This document shows, one piece after another, positions 12,108 to 24,949 of a DNA stretch of 64,000 nt. Within the stretch, counting starts at the first letter, position 1, and each line of letters opens with the position of its first letter. Location: positions 24,924,001-24,988,000 of the forward strand of contig CM060734.1 of NCBI GenBank assembly GCA_030704615.1. Direction: 5' to 3'. Under the pieces are notes generated by a model, which saw only the letters and a list, made by a program, of their open reading frames with translations, was not told the origin of the DNA and did not search any database. The translations under genes were made by a program, and so were the position numbers. Source of the stretch: Takakia lepidozioides (taxonomy: Eukaryota > Plantae > Bryophyta).

Positions 12108-12662
12108 CCCTGAAAAAGAGTAGCGCAGTACGCTCAATGACAGCAGCTCCCGGATGGAGGAGGTAGCAGCGCGGTGGCTGGAAGAAATTCAAGCAAACGC
12201 TGCAATTTGTCACAAATACTCCAGGGCACATTTAAATTTCCCCCCTACAGGAACCTGCAGGGATGAAGATTGGCTCATCCATGGATGTAGCCGATCAGTT
12301 TCCTTCCCTGCCATGCAAACTATGGGCAGTAAGTGCCAGGTGGGCCTATAGCCACTCGAGACGACGAAGTCCATCCCCCCTTCGATGTAAATGCGGCGCC
12401 GAATTTCCATCCGGGGGATGGACTTCGGTGGCAGATTTCAAACTATACCCCGTGGATGAGAAAGAGGTATCGGTTCATCCACCGCTGGCTTGTTGAACAC
12501 GTTACACGATGATTGGCGGGTACTTGTGACCCAGATGGTCCATTATTGGAGCCCGCACTGCTCTTCCGCTTCTCATCATTTCGAAAATCTAAGGGCTTCG
12601 TTGCTGTCCGCAAGGTGATTTTCATCGGCATCAAACACGTCCTCAGGTCCTCCTTTGCAAGG

Positions 12663-13226
12663 ATGCCGTGCTTCCGGAACCGGGACGACTGCCCTTATGG
12701 AGGCATCGATTATGCAATGTATTCGGCCACATCGGGAGACATCGTTATCTGGTACACAGATTACACAGAAGATACTGGTTCGAATGTGGAAACATTGTCC
12801 GCTTTTGAGTATCTCTTAGGCCAGTACGCCTTCGAGCGAGGTGACGATCTTGGTCTGAGGAGTCCGTGGCTCCTGTGCATCCTTGATTCCGATTTTCCCA
12901 GCTACGACGGGCACCCATGCAGAAGAATGCGCACTGCTATGCTGTTGCGGTGGAACTGCTGCCAGTGGACGTGGGTGGACTCCATCGGAGAGACTTATAC
13001 TCCTGAAGGAGTGCGCTCATCTTCTCCATTGTATGGGGACATTCGCATTGGTGTGGACGGCGAAAACGTGAAGCTTTCCATATTCGATGGTGGTATGATT
13101 GAAGGGCAGGACATTGTGGTGAACATCAACAGGGGCGGTACAACGGCTGCAATCCAGTTTACCTGGAGGAGCCCGAAGACTCATGAGCTAGTTGTGAGAG
13201 CAGTCGAAGTCCCATTGACAACGTGA
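12663..13226 (+). CDS. Unknown about 187-aa protein (paralog of 11529-12107)
   Basis: Intact ORF MPCFRNRDDCPY...GDIVIW...YGDIR...DGGMIEG...RAVEVP, collinear with the divergent copy. Confidence 0.7.
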   Translation: MPCFRNRDDCPYGGIDYAMYSATSGDIVIWYTDYTEDTGSNVETLSAFEYLLGQYAFERGDDLGLRSPWLLCILDSDFPSYDGHPCRRMRTAMLLRWNCCQWTWVDSIGETYTPEGVRSSSPLYGDIRIGVDGENVKLSIFDGGMIEGQDIVVNINRGGTTAAIQFTWRSPKTHELVVRAVEVPLTT

Positions 13227-14944
13227 CTTGTATTCAGAAGGCACAGGGCTAAAGATTTGTTTGCACAATCAGCACAGTAGACGTGCTTCAAATGCAATTC
13301 ATGTGGATCAATAAAAACCCCATTGTGCCCTCTTTTTGTACTATTCTGTATCCATCGTTCCCAAAATGCGTCATTCCTCATTTCGTTTGGGATTGGGAGT
13401 GTGGGTGGATTTTGCAAGTGGCTGGTAGGCTGAAATGGGCCCCCATTGTACAGATCAGTACCACCCTACCATTCGCGAAACATTGCCTTTCAATATGTAA
13501 TTCTAAAAAACATTGCCGAACCTCCTTCATCGGGAGGTCCTTCTCCCCCTATGACCGTGACACCCTAAACCCTATTCCCGCGGACACTCATTTCCGGAAA
13601 ATAGTCCTGCTCATGTTTTTTTCGACACTTACGACTCTGCTCATGGCTCATGGCTCATGGCTCATGAAATAGCAGCCCCCCAATGACATAAGGTAGTGTA
13701 GACCAGGAATAGGGTGCTATAGTGCCACATGATCGTCGCCATGTTTCGTAGCCACGTCGTCGTCGCAACGTTTCATCATCATCTTTTTTTACCCTGCCCG
13801 TTCTGCCCAAAAATAACCGAAGAAAATACCCCGGGATAGGTGAGCGCGGGGAAGGGAGGATGATGGGAGGACGATGCCCCCGCGAGCTTGAGCGTAGAGG
13901 CACAATGGTGAGACAACTGCAATCGCAAGGTGTGGCTTTTTCTTAATGTACGATGTGAAGAAGTTTGTCCATCCTGCATATGTGGGCTCTTGGCTCCTGT
14001 CATTTGGTATGCTTCTTGATGTTTACAAGGTTCTTGGGAGCGCTTGGTCTTAGCGTTGCGTGTTTCAATCTCTGCCTGCTCAGCTGCACCGTGGTGGTTC
14101 TCGCATACCAATCCGACATTACATGACTACAGACACAAGCAACACACACAAGAGGTCCTTTCGGGTTGATGGTCGGTCAAATCCTCCATGGGTCATGACA
14201 CAAGGTCAAGGACAATGTGGTGAGGGCACCTTCTTTTTTGACCTATTTGAGCCTGTTTTGCCCTCTCATCATACTCGGTCCTGAGATGCATATTGAATTG
14301 TCAAGGACAATGTGGTGAGGACACCTTCTTCTTCGACCTATTTCAGCCTGTTTTGCCTTTCATCAGACTCGGCCTTGAGATTTATATTGAATTCTATAAG
14401 TTAGCTCGTTGCACAACCTTTTTTTCACTTAGGCTCGGCACACTTAGGTCAGTTTGTCTGTCTGACTGCTTGGAATCAACCTCATCCTTCTTGTCCGGAG
14501 TTCCCAATGTCTCTTGCCCAGCACAAATATGAATATCATTTGCCCGAAGAACTTCTGCCACTACGAGTTGTTTGCTTTGGATGTGAATTGTTTGTCGTCT
14601 AGGTAGCCTATGGTTGCTCCTGGACGGCCAACCATTCTGCAAAGGGCGGACAATTACCCCGTGTGTAACAATTCTAGGCTGTCATTATCAGCTGCTAGCA
14701 GCAAGGCAAGGATGTGTGCATGATTTGTGCAGAGGCATGGATAGCTAAAGGAGCAGGGATAGAGTGTGGGTCCAGATTCATCTAAGAGGGGCAGATTTCA
14801 AGCTCCAGATTACTTGTGATTCCCTGTGGATCAATAGCTACAAGAAACTTGCATGAGTAGATGAGCACCTCAACCATGATCACAACTTCTGAAAGAGGAT
14901 CAAGAGAGGGAGTCCACAATGCCTCTTCTGGTACTTCTGGGCAT

Positions 14945-15531
14945 GTGAAGATGCTTTGTGCGGCAGGCAGACTGACAGAGGCTCTATAGACTTTAAACCA
15001 AGGAGGCATTGCAGCAGATTCAGATACGTATGTCTGTCACTTGCTGAAGTGCATCAAGATGGAAGGTCTGGAAGCTAGAAAGCAGGTGCATACTCACATT
15101 ATCCAAAGTGGATTCACGCCAAATGTTTTTCTACTCAACACCATTGTCAACATGTATGTTAAGTGCGGGAGCATCATGGATGCTCACCAAGTGTTCAACA
15201 TAACGCCTCAACGATCTTTGATCACGTGGAATATAATGTTGGCAGGATTTACCAAGCATGGGTGTGGTAGGAATGCTTTGGACACGATGCTTGCAGGGTA
15301 TGCACGTATGCCAGGCATGGTATATAGGCCTTGGAGACCTATGATCAAATGATGGGGGAAGGGGTGAAGCCCGACCACCTCACGTTTCTGTGCATTTGCA
15401 ATGCGTGTGCTAGCCTGGCAGCTCTGGAAAAGTGCAAAGAGGTGCATGGCGACATTGTCAGAGCTGCAATTGTACCAAATGTCATTCTGAACAATACCCT
15501 CGTGGACATGTATGAAGGGAGTGTTCGATAG
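14945..15531 (+). pseudogene. PLS-class pentatricopeptide repeat gene fragment
   Basis: KQVHTHIIQSGFTPNVFLLNTIVNMYVKCGS, ITWNIMLAGFTKHG and GVKPDHLTF motifs, with a stop and a frameshift. A related copy lies at 63560-64000. Confidence 0.88.
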
Positions 15532-15996
15532 TATGGCTGAATGAGATGTGGCATCGTGGAGTGCGATGATTGCAAGAGGACGTGACTTCCACGTGAGCGT
15601 GAGAGCGTACGCTCACGCGATGGTGATGTGGCGTGAGCGCAAGCTCACACCAGCTGATGTGGCGTGAGCGTGAGGCTGACGTGGCATGGTTATGCTGACG
15701 TGGCAGTCGTCAGAATGACATGGCATTTGGACAACTTGCCACATGCCATGTCATCAGAAACATATAGCACCTATAGCCGAGGGGCCTATAGCCGTGGCAT
15801 TCGTGCCAATGCAGCCTCCAATTATGTTGTGCAATGTGTGCCATTTCTTTTTTTTGTGTAGTCGTTCGAAAATAAATGGAATGGATGCGAATGCTTTCAC
15901 AAGTTGTTCCTGAAATTTAATTTTTTACGAAGGTCAAGTTTCAACTCTTCTGAAATCCAGTAATGGAATTTGCAGATGACCAAAGTGAAGAGGATG

Positions 15997-18900
15997 CTAT
16001 GTGCTCCTATCCCGCTGCATAAGTGTATTCGCCTCGTTGAAACTCATGGTGGCCTGGTGAATGAAGATGTCGCATCTGGGATCACAAACCATTCTGTTCA
16101 AGAAGATAAAATACAGATGCTTGCAGGGTATAAATTTTCCTGTCTTTCCCAAACTTGTTGTAAGCATGCCAACAAAATCAGGACAGGTGTAGTTGTGGAA
16201 ATTTGAAACTGTGATGTCATACAACCGGTCGTGCATAGCGGATGTGGAGGTCATCATAGTGTAGATTTGTCCATACCCGGGATGTGGAACTTCCGTAGTG
16301 CCTGTAACACGACCTTGAAGCATTCGAGCGGATTCCACCTTGCCAAAGTGCTCGACAATTGGAGGGAACGACGAACCAGCTTCCCATTTTGTTTTGTTGG
16401 CCATGCATCAGCGTTGGGTGGTGGCACTCCAGAACTTGCTGAAGTAGAAGCATCTGCATGTACAGTGGGGGCTTGCTGAAGGGAGAAGCCTGCCTCCTCC
16501 AACATGGCAATCTCATGAGTTGTGAGATGTGTCCCCACCTTCACAGGCCAAATGCTTGGTGGAGGAGGCTTCATGACAACTAATGGTCGCACAGTCCCAC
16601 GCACGCACCTACCACAGTCGTCAGGGCAGAACCAGAATTTGTGGTTCTTCGCCTCGGCTTGCCCGTAAGGCGTGAACAAACCAGTGAAGGTCGGAGCCGG
16701 AGTGCGGACCTTGCCTCTGGATATGGAGGACTTGCATTTCTCACGATTGGTTGCTCTGATTGCCGTGCACTTCACTCGAGACCCAGCAGTGGTGCGTTCT
16801 ATGTGCTAGACTTCGTCGGGGCACATGGACTCCACCACAGGGGGGAGCACGTTCGCCTCCTACCCCATTGCACTCACTGTTTGAGATGGCTGCCTTTGGC
16901 TTTGTTACAAAGGATCGTCCGCACTGGATATGCCGGAAACGAACCTCTGATGAAATGGAACACGCGGCATGGAGAAGTTGTCCATGTCCGGCTTGTGGGA
17001 GTCCGCATCCGACCCAGGAGGGGTGTTCAATTTCTATTTACAAGACCCGAATCTCTCCTCACCCTCTAGATGGGGAACTCTGGACACCAGTGGAGTTCCT
17101 TCCACACACATGCTGATAGCCCTGGCAATCTTGTTCGGATCCCCTGATCTTCTTGCTGCTCGCAACATCAACTCGGACTTGTCTGGACCCTTGCCACCAA
17201 TGCCACCCCGTGAGAACTCCCGATATCTTGTCTGTTGCAGTAGAGCTCGAATCAGATCGCCACATACAAATCCCGGCCCCGCTTTCCAGATTGCTGCAAC
17301 CATACATTGTGCACTATCTCCGCCAGATTGCAAGAGGGCATGTTCGTCATCTCCTCAATTGAGAAGTGCTGCAGAATGGAAAAATGTATATTAGAAAGAG
17401 GACAGGCACACCCCACCACAACAGACATGATTGGAAATGGATACAAACTCAATGAAATTTGCAAGTTTTCAAATCCACGCACCGTTGTCATGCATGCTCC
17501 CCATTGTCTGTACCGGAAGTGCCAAAATGCCAGCCAGTCTTCTAGCACTCTCATATTGTTTTCTGATGCAACCCCAGATGAGAACCACCAGGCATGAATT
17601 TTCTGGAACAATGTATTCGCCTCTGCCATGCTTTTGGCATCTTTGTACTGTTTGCATAGCCTAAGATGAGGGCTGCATTTCCCGTTTGATGTCTGCCTTT
17701 GTATGTTTCTCAAGGGACTGCGTCCAATGGAAAAGACATGTTCGCTCTCTTCCTGACATTGGCACCTTTGGATCTCCTGATCCAAACACAATGCGATCAG
17801 CATTGAAATTCGCTTGAGCACTGTCGGCCATAAATCCGGCGAAATTTGGAGATGGGACACCTTGGGAGTCCATAACGCGAATGAGACTTCTCCACATTAG
17901 CTGCTGCGAATCCGCATCCTCTGATTGCATGTCACACACTACAAATGTTATGACTTGCTGGTAGAAAGGATTGTAAACATGACACGCCATTGTAGTCCAG
18001 TCTTTCACTCGTTTGAAGTGATCAAACATAAGGAAACAGTTCTGAAGATCACCACCCTTCTGCATGCGCTTCACAAGACTGACTCCGCTGCCCTCCCCGG
18101 CTGTGGACATTTTGAAAAGATACACTTTGTTTGACCCTTGACCTGGGAACACACTCTCTTGAATGTATCCGTCGCTTCAACTCAAAAATGTTATCAATGT
18201 ACCCTCTGTTAGCAGAGCCCATCCTCAATGCATTCACCTGGTTTTTAATGTTCGGCGAGCTCAAGGTAGAGAAGTGATCCATAACATTGTCCAAGGCTGG
18301 CCCGTCGAGTTTCCTGCCCACAGAATCTCCTTCACTAAGAATATGGGTTTCCAGGAAAGTCTTGCTTGCTCCAAGAACAATTGTGGAGGTAGTGGCCGTT
18401 GGATTGCTCTCATACTCTTGTCTTATCAACCTGGATACTGTTTCAACACTTTCCCTGTAATCCCCCTTCGACACTGGATGGTTGTGGAACCCGAAATGCA
18501 CACCGGCTCTAGTCAAGGCTGGAAAACGGTGCACCACATAGAACATTCTTGCTCCACACACTGCCACACAGGAAGGCGCTCATTTGCAGAACTTGCAAAC
18601 AAAAGTGTTGGAGCTTGGAGGTGCTTCACCGGGCTTGAAAGGATTCTTGGTGACACCCTCCCACTCGCTCTGGTTTTGAACCTCTGACCGTAGGAAATGT
18701 CTGCAACTCAAATTCTCGCACCTCAGGTGCCCATTGCACACCGCTCTCCTGAACACGAGCTTGTCATCATTTTGAATATTGGATGTCTTCATTCTGCACC
18801 ATGGGTGTCCATCGTGTCTCTTGTCCATTCCGTGCATGAGGCTCGAAATAGGTCCACCCCGCCCAGGTGGAGGCAGCTCGAAGACGACATCCCCATCAAA

Positions 18901-19170
18901 AGACCTCGGAAGGTACTGCACACGCTCAACGGGGATAGTGTCCCAGTCAATCCCCCACAATTCACTCTTGAAACCGGGCATTCCTCCCATTGACTTCAGT
19001 TTAGGAATGACACTAGACAGGTCCTTCAATTCTGGCACCACGACCACCAGAGAAGGAACCACTAAAGGAATTTTCGGAACATCCTCCTCCGAGGAGTCGG
19101 AGAGCTCAACAATTTGTCTGGAAGTTGTAGGCTCCGTCTTCATGACCACTGTCGAGCGGCTTTTACTCAC
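15997..19170 (-). mobile_element. Mutator-like (MULE) transposase pseudogene with N-terminal GCM-type Zn domain and C-terminal SWIM finger
   Basis: GCM-like: PWCRMKTSN..RRAVCNGHLRC..CKFC..C..HFGFHNHP. DDE core: LMFD, FMADS, CLFH, CNLAE. SWIM: TCPDF...CKHLY. Several frameshifts and stops, and the 5' end is cut by an LTR. Confidence 0.82.
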
Positions 19171-19179
19171 CCATCCCTT

Positions 19180-20162
19180 TGCTATCTAAGGTGGAAACTC
19201 CAAGATAGAAGAGTTGGATATCTCTAAACACTCAGCCCGCTCAAAACAAACAGTCATGACCTACAGCTAGTGTATCATGGGGGTACTTCCTATTTGTATT
19301 CCTTCTCACTTTCATATTAGCATGTTACCTTACTGTCTATGTTTAAGTATCAGATTGCTTCAGCAATCCACCAGGTTCCAATCACTCATCCAATCATTCC
19401 ACAACTTCACTCAGGTCTCTCTACACAGTGTGAGTATGAAATATGTATTAGATTAATATCTATCAAGTATCAAGCCGAAGCCATGGTGTCTCTAGTCTGC
19501 TCTACAGTACAACTCTACAGCTTGCATGAATCAAGCATCAACAGTTCTTGTCTCCTCCTCCATTGCGCTCTCCATCCCTCAGCTCCAGATCGTCCTTTTC
19601 CCCCCCATGACCAAGTTGTGATCCAAGAAACCCTCTCCCTGTTGCTACTCTGCCTATTCTACCTGCAAGCTATTCTAACCGCCTAACTAACTAACTGTCA
19701 TCCAGACAGAATGTACGTTCCCTCTGTAGATATCGTTCCCTGCCATGATAACCGTTCCATGTAAATGTTGTGACGGGTTGTGTCAAACTGTGAATGCTGT
19801 GACTGTGCCGAGCTGTGACTGGCAGTGTCAGACTGTGTCGGGCTGTGACTGGCTATGTGAAGCTGTGTCGGACTGTGGTTGACTGTGTCGGGCTGCGTTG
19901 GGCTGTGATAGACTGTTATAGGTTGTGTAAGGCTGTGACAAGCTGTGTAAGGCTGTGTAAGGCTGTGTAAGGCCGTGTCAAACTGTGACAAGTTGTGTCA
20001 AGCTGTGTCTAACTGTGTAAGGCTGTGACTGATTGTGTAAGCCTGTCTACCACCCCTAAGGCCTATGTTGGTCTAAGTCTACCATCCGTAAGTCTGCGCA
20101 AAAATTAAGGGTACCCCACAAAACCCCATAAAATTGTCTAAGTCTTAGACAGCCCTCTAACA
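19180..20162 (-). mobile_element. 3' LTR of a Gypsy-like element (minus strand) with an internal 10-bp GGCTGTG-type tandem repeat
   Basis: TG...CA ends. The minus-strand PPT GAGAGGGGAAGGGATAA (20163-20179) is preceded by GAGGACACGG. Repeats occupy 19770-20040. Confidence 0.65.
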
Positions 20163-20469
20163 TTATCCCTTCCCCTCTCAAAAAGCCGTGTCCTCACGGT
20201 TTACTGTTTAGGATCAGCAAACCTCTGTGAACGAGGACCCTTCTGTCGGTGAGAGTCCCGTGGAGGGCTCTATGTGCGAGTCGAGTGCAGCTATGGCGTG
20301 AGCCTAGCCGCGTGAGCCCAGGAGCTCGGCTCACGCTTTGCCCTCTAAGCGTGAGCCCAGGGGTTTAGTGGAGGAAGAAGCAGGCCCCATACCCGAGTCC
20401 TTTGTTTAGAGAGGGTCCTATTGTCGTGGAAGCAGTTATAGCGCTTAAAAAAAGAGGTATAGAAAGAAT

Positions 20470-21980
20470 GGAATGGTCATTGTGAAACTTACTGAGGTTT
20501 TCTTATTGAAGAAGAGGTGAAAAAAAAAAACTGGGTGAGTCATCATGAATCTTACTTAGGGATTCTTGCATGAACAAGAGGCAAGAAAAGTTTGGATGCT
20601 CATTGTCAAGCTATCTGTCGTTTCCAGTATTTCATCCATGGTGGATGGATGATGGATGGATGAAATATTGAAGGAGAGGTTAAAAATAATGAGGATGGGC
20701 AAGAACAGGCCCCAAAATATGACCCCTCATTGTGAAACAGACAATGGTTTTTGTTAATATAGATGAGGTGAAAATTAAACAAATGGTCATCTTCAAGCTT
20801 CTTTAGGCTTTGTTTGTGAAGATGTGTAACAAAATGAGCGGTTTATTGTGGAATTTGTTCAGGTTTGTGTTATTGAAGATGAGGTGAAAAAAAAACACAT
20901 GGTCATTGTGATTGCTTATTTAGGGTGTCTTTGTGAAGAAGAGGTAAGAAAAAAACATTGAGCTATCCTTGTGAAACTTGTTTAGGATTCTGTTATTGAA
21001 GAAGAGGTGAAAAAAAAATCAGATGGTCATCATGAATGCTTATATAGGGTTTGTTTGTGAAGAAGAGGTGAAAAAAAAAGTTAAGCTCTATCATTGTCAA
21101 ACTTGTTCAGGTTTCTGTTATTGAAGAAGAGGTGAAAAAAGAAATCAGATGGTCATTATGAATGTTTATTTAGGGTTTGTTTGTGAAGAAGAGGTGAAAA
21201 AATTGAGCTCTCATTCTCAAACTTGTTAAGGTTTATGTTATTGAAGAAGAGGTGAAAAAAATATTAGATGGTCATCATGAATGCTTATTTAGAGGTGAAA
21301 AAGAAAGTTTGTGAATAAGAGGTGAAAAAGTTGAGCTCTATCATTGTCAAACTTCTTCAGGTTTCTGTTATTGAAGAAGAGGTGAAAAAAAACCAGATGG
21401 TCATCATGAATGCTTATTTAGGGAATAAATTAGGGATTGTTTGTGAAGAAGAGGTGAAAAAAAAACTTGAGCTCTACCATTGTCAAACTTCTTCAGGTTT
21501 CTGTTATTGAAAAAGAGGTGAAAAAAAATCAGATGGTCATCATGAATGCTTATTTAGGGTTTGTTTGTGAAGAAGAGGTGAAAAAAATTGAGCTCTATCA
21601 TTGTCAATCTTGTTCAGGTTTCTGTTAATGAAAAAGAGGTGAATAAAAATCAGATGTCATCATGAATAAATTAGGGTTTGTTTGTGAAGAAGAGGTGAAA
21701 AAAAAACTTGAGCTCTATCATTGTCAAACTTCTTCAGGTTTCTGTTATTGAAGAAGAGGTGAAAAAAAAATCATATGGTCATCATGAATGCTTATTTAGG
21801 GTTTGTTTGTATAGAGGACGTGGAAAACAAATGAGCTGTCATTGTGAAACTTGTTCAGGTGCCTGTTATTCAAGAAGAAGTGGAAAAAAAAACATATGGT
21901 CATCATGAAGCTCATTTACGCAATGCTTCTGTAGAGGCCGTGAAAAAATAAAATGAGCTTTCATACTGACACTTGTCCAT
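20470..21980. repeat. AT-rich tandem repeat, about 120-bp unit made of two about 60-bp subunits
   Basis: GAAGAAGAGGTGAAAAAA..TCAGATGGTCATCATGAATGCTTATTTAGGG alternates with ..TTGAGCTCTATCATTGTCAAACTTGTTCAGGTTTCTGTTATT. Confidence 0.93.
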
Positions 21981-22237
21981 GTTTGGCAGGCCCTCGAACA
22001 AAAAATGGTTTTTTTTTTTTTTTTTTTTTTTTTTTCCTTGGCTCGGGGGGTGGGGGCAGAAGTGGTGTGCGTCGATGCACTCAATTTTAGAGGCTCGTTA
22101 ACCAAACCCGATGAAAAAATAAACTACCTTTCATGACGAGACATCGCCTACTTGTCTAGATTTAAGAACTGTGTATACATGTTCTACAAACAAGGCAGCC
22201 CTTTCCGACATTGCGAAAAATCGCAACATATGCAACA

Positions 22238-22790
22238 CTACTCGATATTGCCAATGTCTCGCTGCAAAAGTATCTGTACCTCACCAGGACCTAGTGTCGC
22301 CTGGTGAATGATTTGGTTTCCTTTGGGATCACAATACATCATGCGCAAAAAGATGTAGTAAAGATGCTTGCAGGGAACCCATTTCCCTCTCTTTCCTAGA
22401 GCTTCCTCACGCATGCACACAAAGTCGGGCCAGGTACACCTCGGAAAATTTCCCACCGTCACCTGATAGGCCCTGTCGTGCAAAACAGACCCAGATGTGA
22501 CCAAAGTATAAACCCATCCATACCCAGGTGAAGGTACTTCCATAGTTCCTGTTACCCGAGCCTGAAGTAGTCTGGCCGATTCCACCTTCGCATCGTGATC
22601 AGGCCCCGAAGCCACCCGATGCACTGTTTTGCCATTCCTTCTCGTGCGATGCGAAGTATCGTCTGGAGGAGGCACCATAGCAGCAAGGCCACCAAGAGTC
22701 GACGCCACAGATCGGTGCAGATGAAAGCCGACATCCTCCAACTTGCCAATCTCCAGTTCGTCAATGATCATCCTGAAATCATGATCATGA
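22238..22790 (-). pseudogene. C-terminal SWIM fragment of a second MULE-like transposase
   Basis: TRRNGK..KVESAR..YQVTVGNFPRCTWPDF..PCKHLYYIF, homologous to 15997-16404. Confidence 0.82.
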
Positions 22791-23039
22791 AAAAATTGAG
22801 TGTGTTGACGCACTCAGTTCTCGGGGGGGGGGGGGGGGGGGAGGGGCCCCCAAAACCCGCCGGGTACCCGAGGTGAAAATCCGGACCCGCACCTCTCGTC
22901 GATGATCATCCTGAAATCATGATCATGAAGAAATTGAGTGCGTTGACGCACTCAGTTCTCCCGGGGGGGGGGGGGGGGGGGGAGGGAACCAAAAAATAAA
23001 AAATAAAAAATAAAAAATTGGGTATCATACAATCTGTCA

Positions 23040-24245
23040 CAATGAGATGTCGCCGGGAGCTGGCAAGCTACTTGAAAGCCTCGGGGTTGCGGATTATCAA
23101 GACCTGGAACTGTGTCAACAACCTATATTTGACGAAGGGGGATTGCCTAGGGCAGAAGGTGGGTTTCAAATACTTTGTTTTTATGCCTTCTCTGTTGAAG
23201 TTCCACTGTACCGACTGTTATGAAGTCATGCTGTTCGCACTGCCTGAATTGAGTGCTTCAGCGCACTCAGTTATGGCGGTGCATGAGCAATGACTCTGAA
23301 CCAGTTCCATCCAGAATGGGTCTGCACTCCCACCCAGATGTGCTATGAAACATTCCTCACTAATTATTGTCTCTTCATCGCAGACCCGTCTATTTGAGGC
23401 CGTGTGTCTCGTGAGGGTACATCCACTGTTGACTCCCACCATAGTGGTGGAGTTCGAGCTTCATGGGGGAGGATGTTTCATAAACGAGAGGTTCGATCTT
23501 GTCGTCGACGACATGCACTACAACTATGTCGAACCCAACGTATGTTTGCGAAAGCCAAATGGAACTCCTTGGAGAGGGGCCTGTGAAAAAAGCCCGGCTT
23601 TTATCCAAACGATCATTGAGAGTTGTTCTCGGCCAGGGGCCCGCATCATAGATCTCACTCTCGGCACAGGTTTCTCTTCTTGCCTTTGTCATCGATTTCT
23701 TTTCTTCTGCACCTTCTTTACTCAATATTCTAAAACTCTAATTCCTTCAATCTGTCTCTTGCAGGCGCTTTTTACCATGCTTGCAAGGCAGGTGGCAGGC
23801 ACTTGTTTGGTATGGAAGGAGATGCAGATATTTTCACTGGCCTCCTTGCCGAGTTGCAAGGGGGCGCGTCTACCTCCAATGTCAAGGATGTCACTGCACA
23901 AATTGATATCCTCGACGGAGACGACAAGGACCTGGACTATGACTTTTCATGTGAGTAAGTTCATTTTCTGTCTATTTGATCCCTGTGTATATGCTCTGTT
24001 GCGTCCCCTTTTGTTGTCTGATTGTTACCCAAATGGTGCATTTCTGATTGCAGGAATGTGAACGCACTCCCGTGGCCCCTGTCTTCCATATACTTGAGGG
24101 ACTTGTGCTGGAGCCCACCTCCTAATTATGTCCTTCCCGATTACGCGGAAGACATTGCTTGTGTGCAAGCAGCTGTGTTTCTCCCCTACCCTTGCATTGG
24201 AGTTCCAGGAAGACACTCAGGCACCTCCGCGCAAAGGTCTTCATA
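23040..24245 (+). pseudogene. C-terminal (methyltransferase) half of a paralog of the ParB-MTase gene
   Basis: KTWNCVNNL..GQK|TRLFEAVC..EKSPAFIQTIIESCSRPGARIIDLTLGTG|AFYHACKAGGRHLFGMEGD. Intron positions are shared with 8835-9299. Confidence 0.8.
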
Positions 24246-24949
24246 GATGATAGTGCAGCAGTTTCAGGTTGTAGCAGTACTTCTAGCAGTTCAGCATATT
24301 CAGGTGGTAGCAGTAGCAGTGTTGACACCACCTACGGATGTACTTGAGGGCATTCATTTATAGAACATGAGGGGACACACTCTCCGTTTTCCATTGCACC
24401 ACCATTTCTCTTCCCACCATCCGTTGTAATGAGCACGGATTACAATGAAATTCACATCCCTGAATTGAAACATTCTCTCCCCCGCGTCCTGCGAATTTGA
24501 AAGTGTTTTCTTTCTAAACATTGCTCCCCAATTCAACCGTGTGCATTCAATAAAACTTTTTCAACAGAGATGAATATGTGCATAGTCCAGTAGACAGTCA
24601 TTTGACATATGCCATCACACCAATATTTGGTTGGATGGATGGAGGATGAATGTTTTTGGATGGATAAACCCCGATTGGATGTACACTGTGGATGAATGTT
24701 GCATGCATGGATGGTCCCATGGATGATGTCAGTGCGCAGTATCATGCACAGGGGCGGGATGGCAAGGTTTACTGTCGGGGTTGAGGTGGGTCCCTAAGGC
24801 TGACAAGGGTTAGGGTTTCTGTTTGGGGTTGCAGGGTTAATATGGATGAAGACGCGTTTCTGTGGTAATGGATCATCTTCCACGGAAATAGACGCCGCAT
24901 CTTTCCCAAAATCATGCCACGTGTCCTGGGCTCACGCCAGGCTCCTGGG

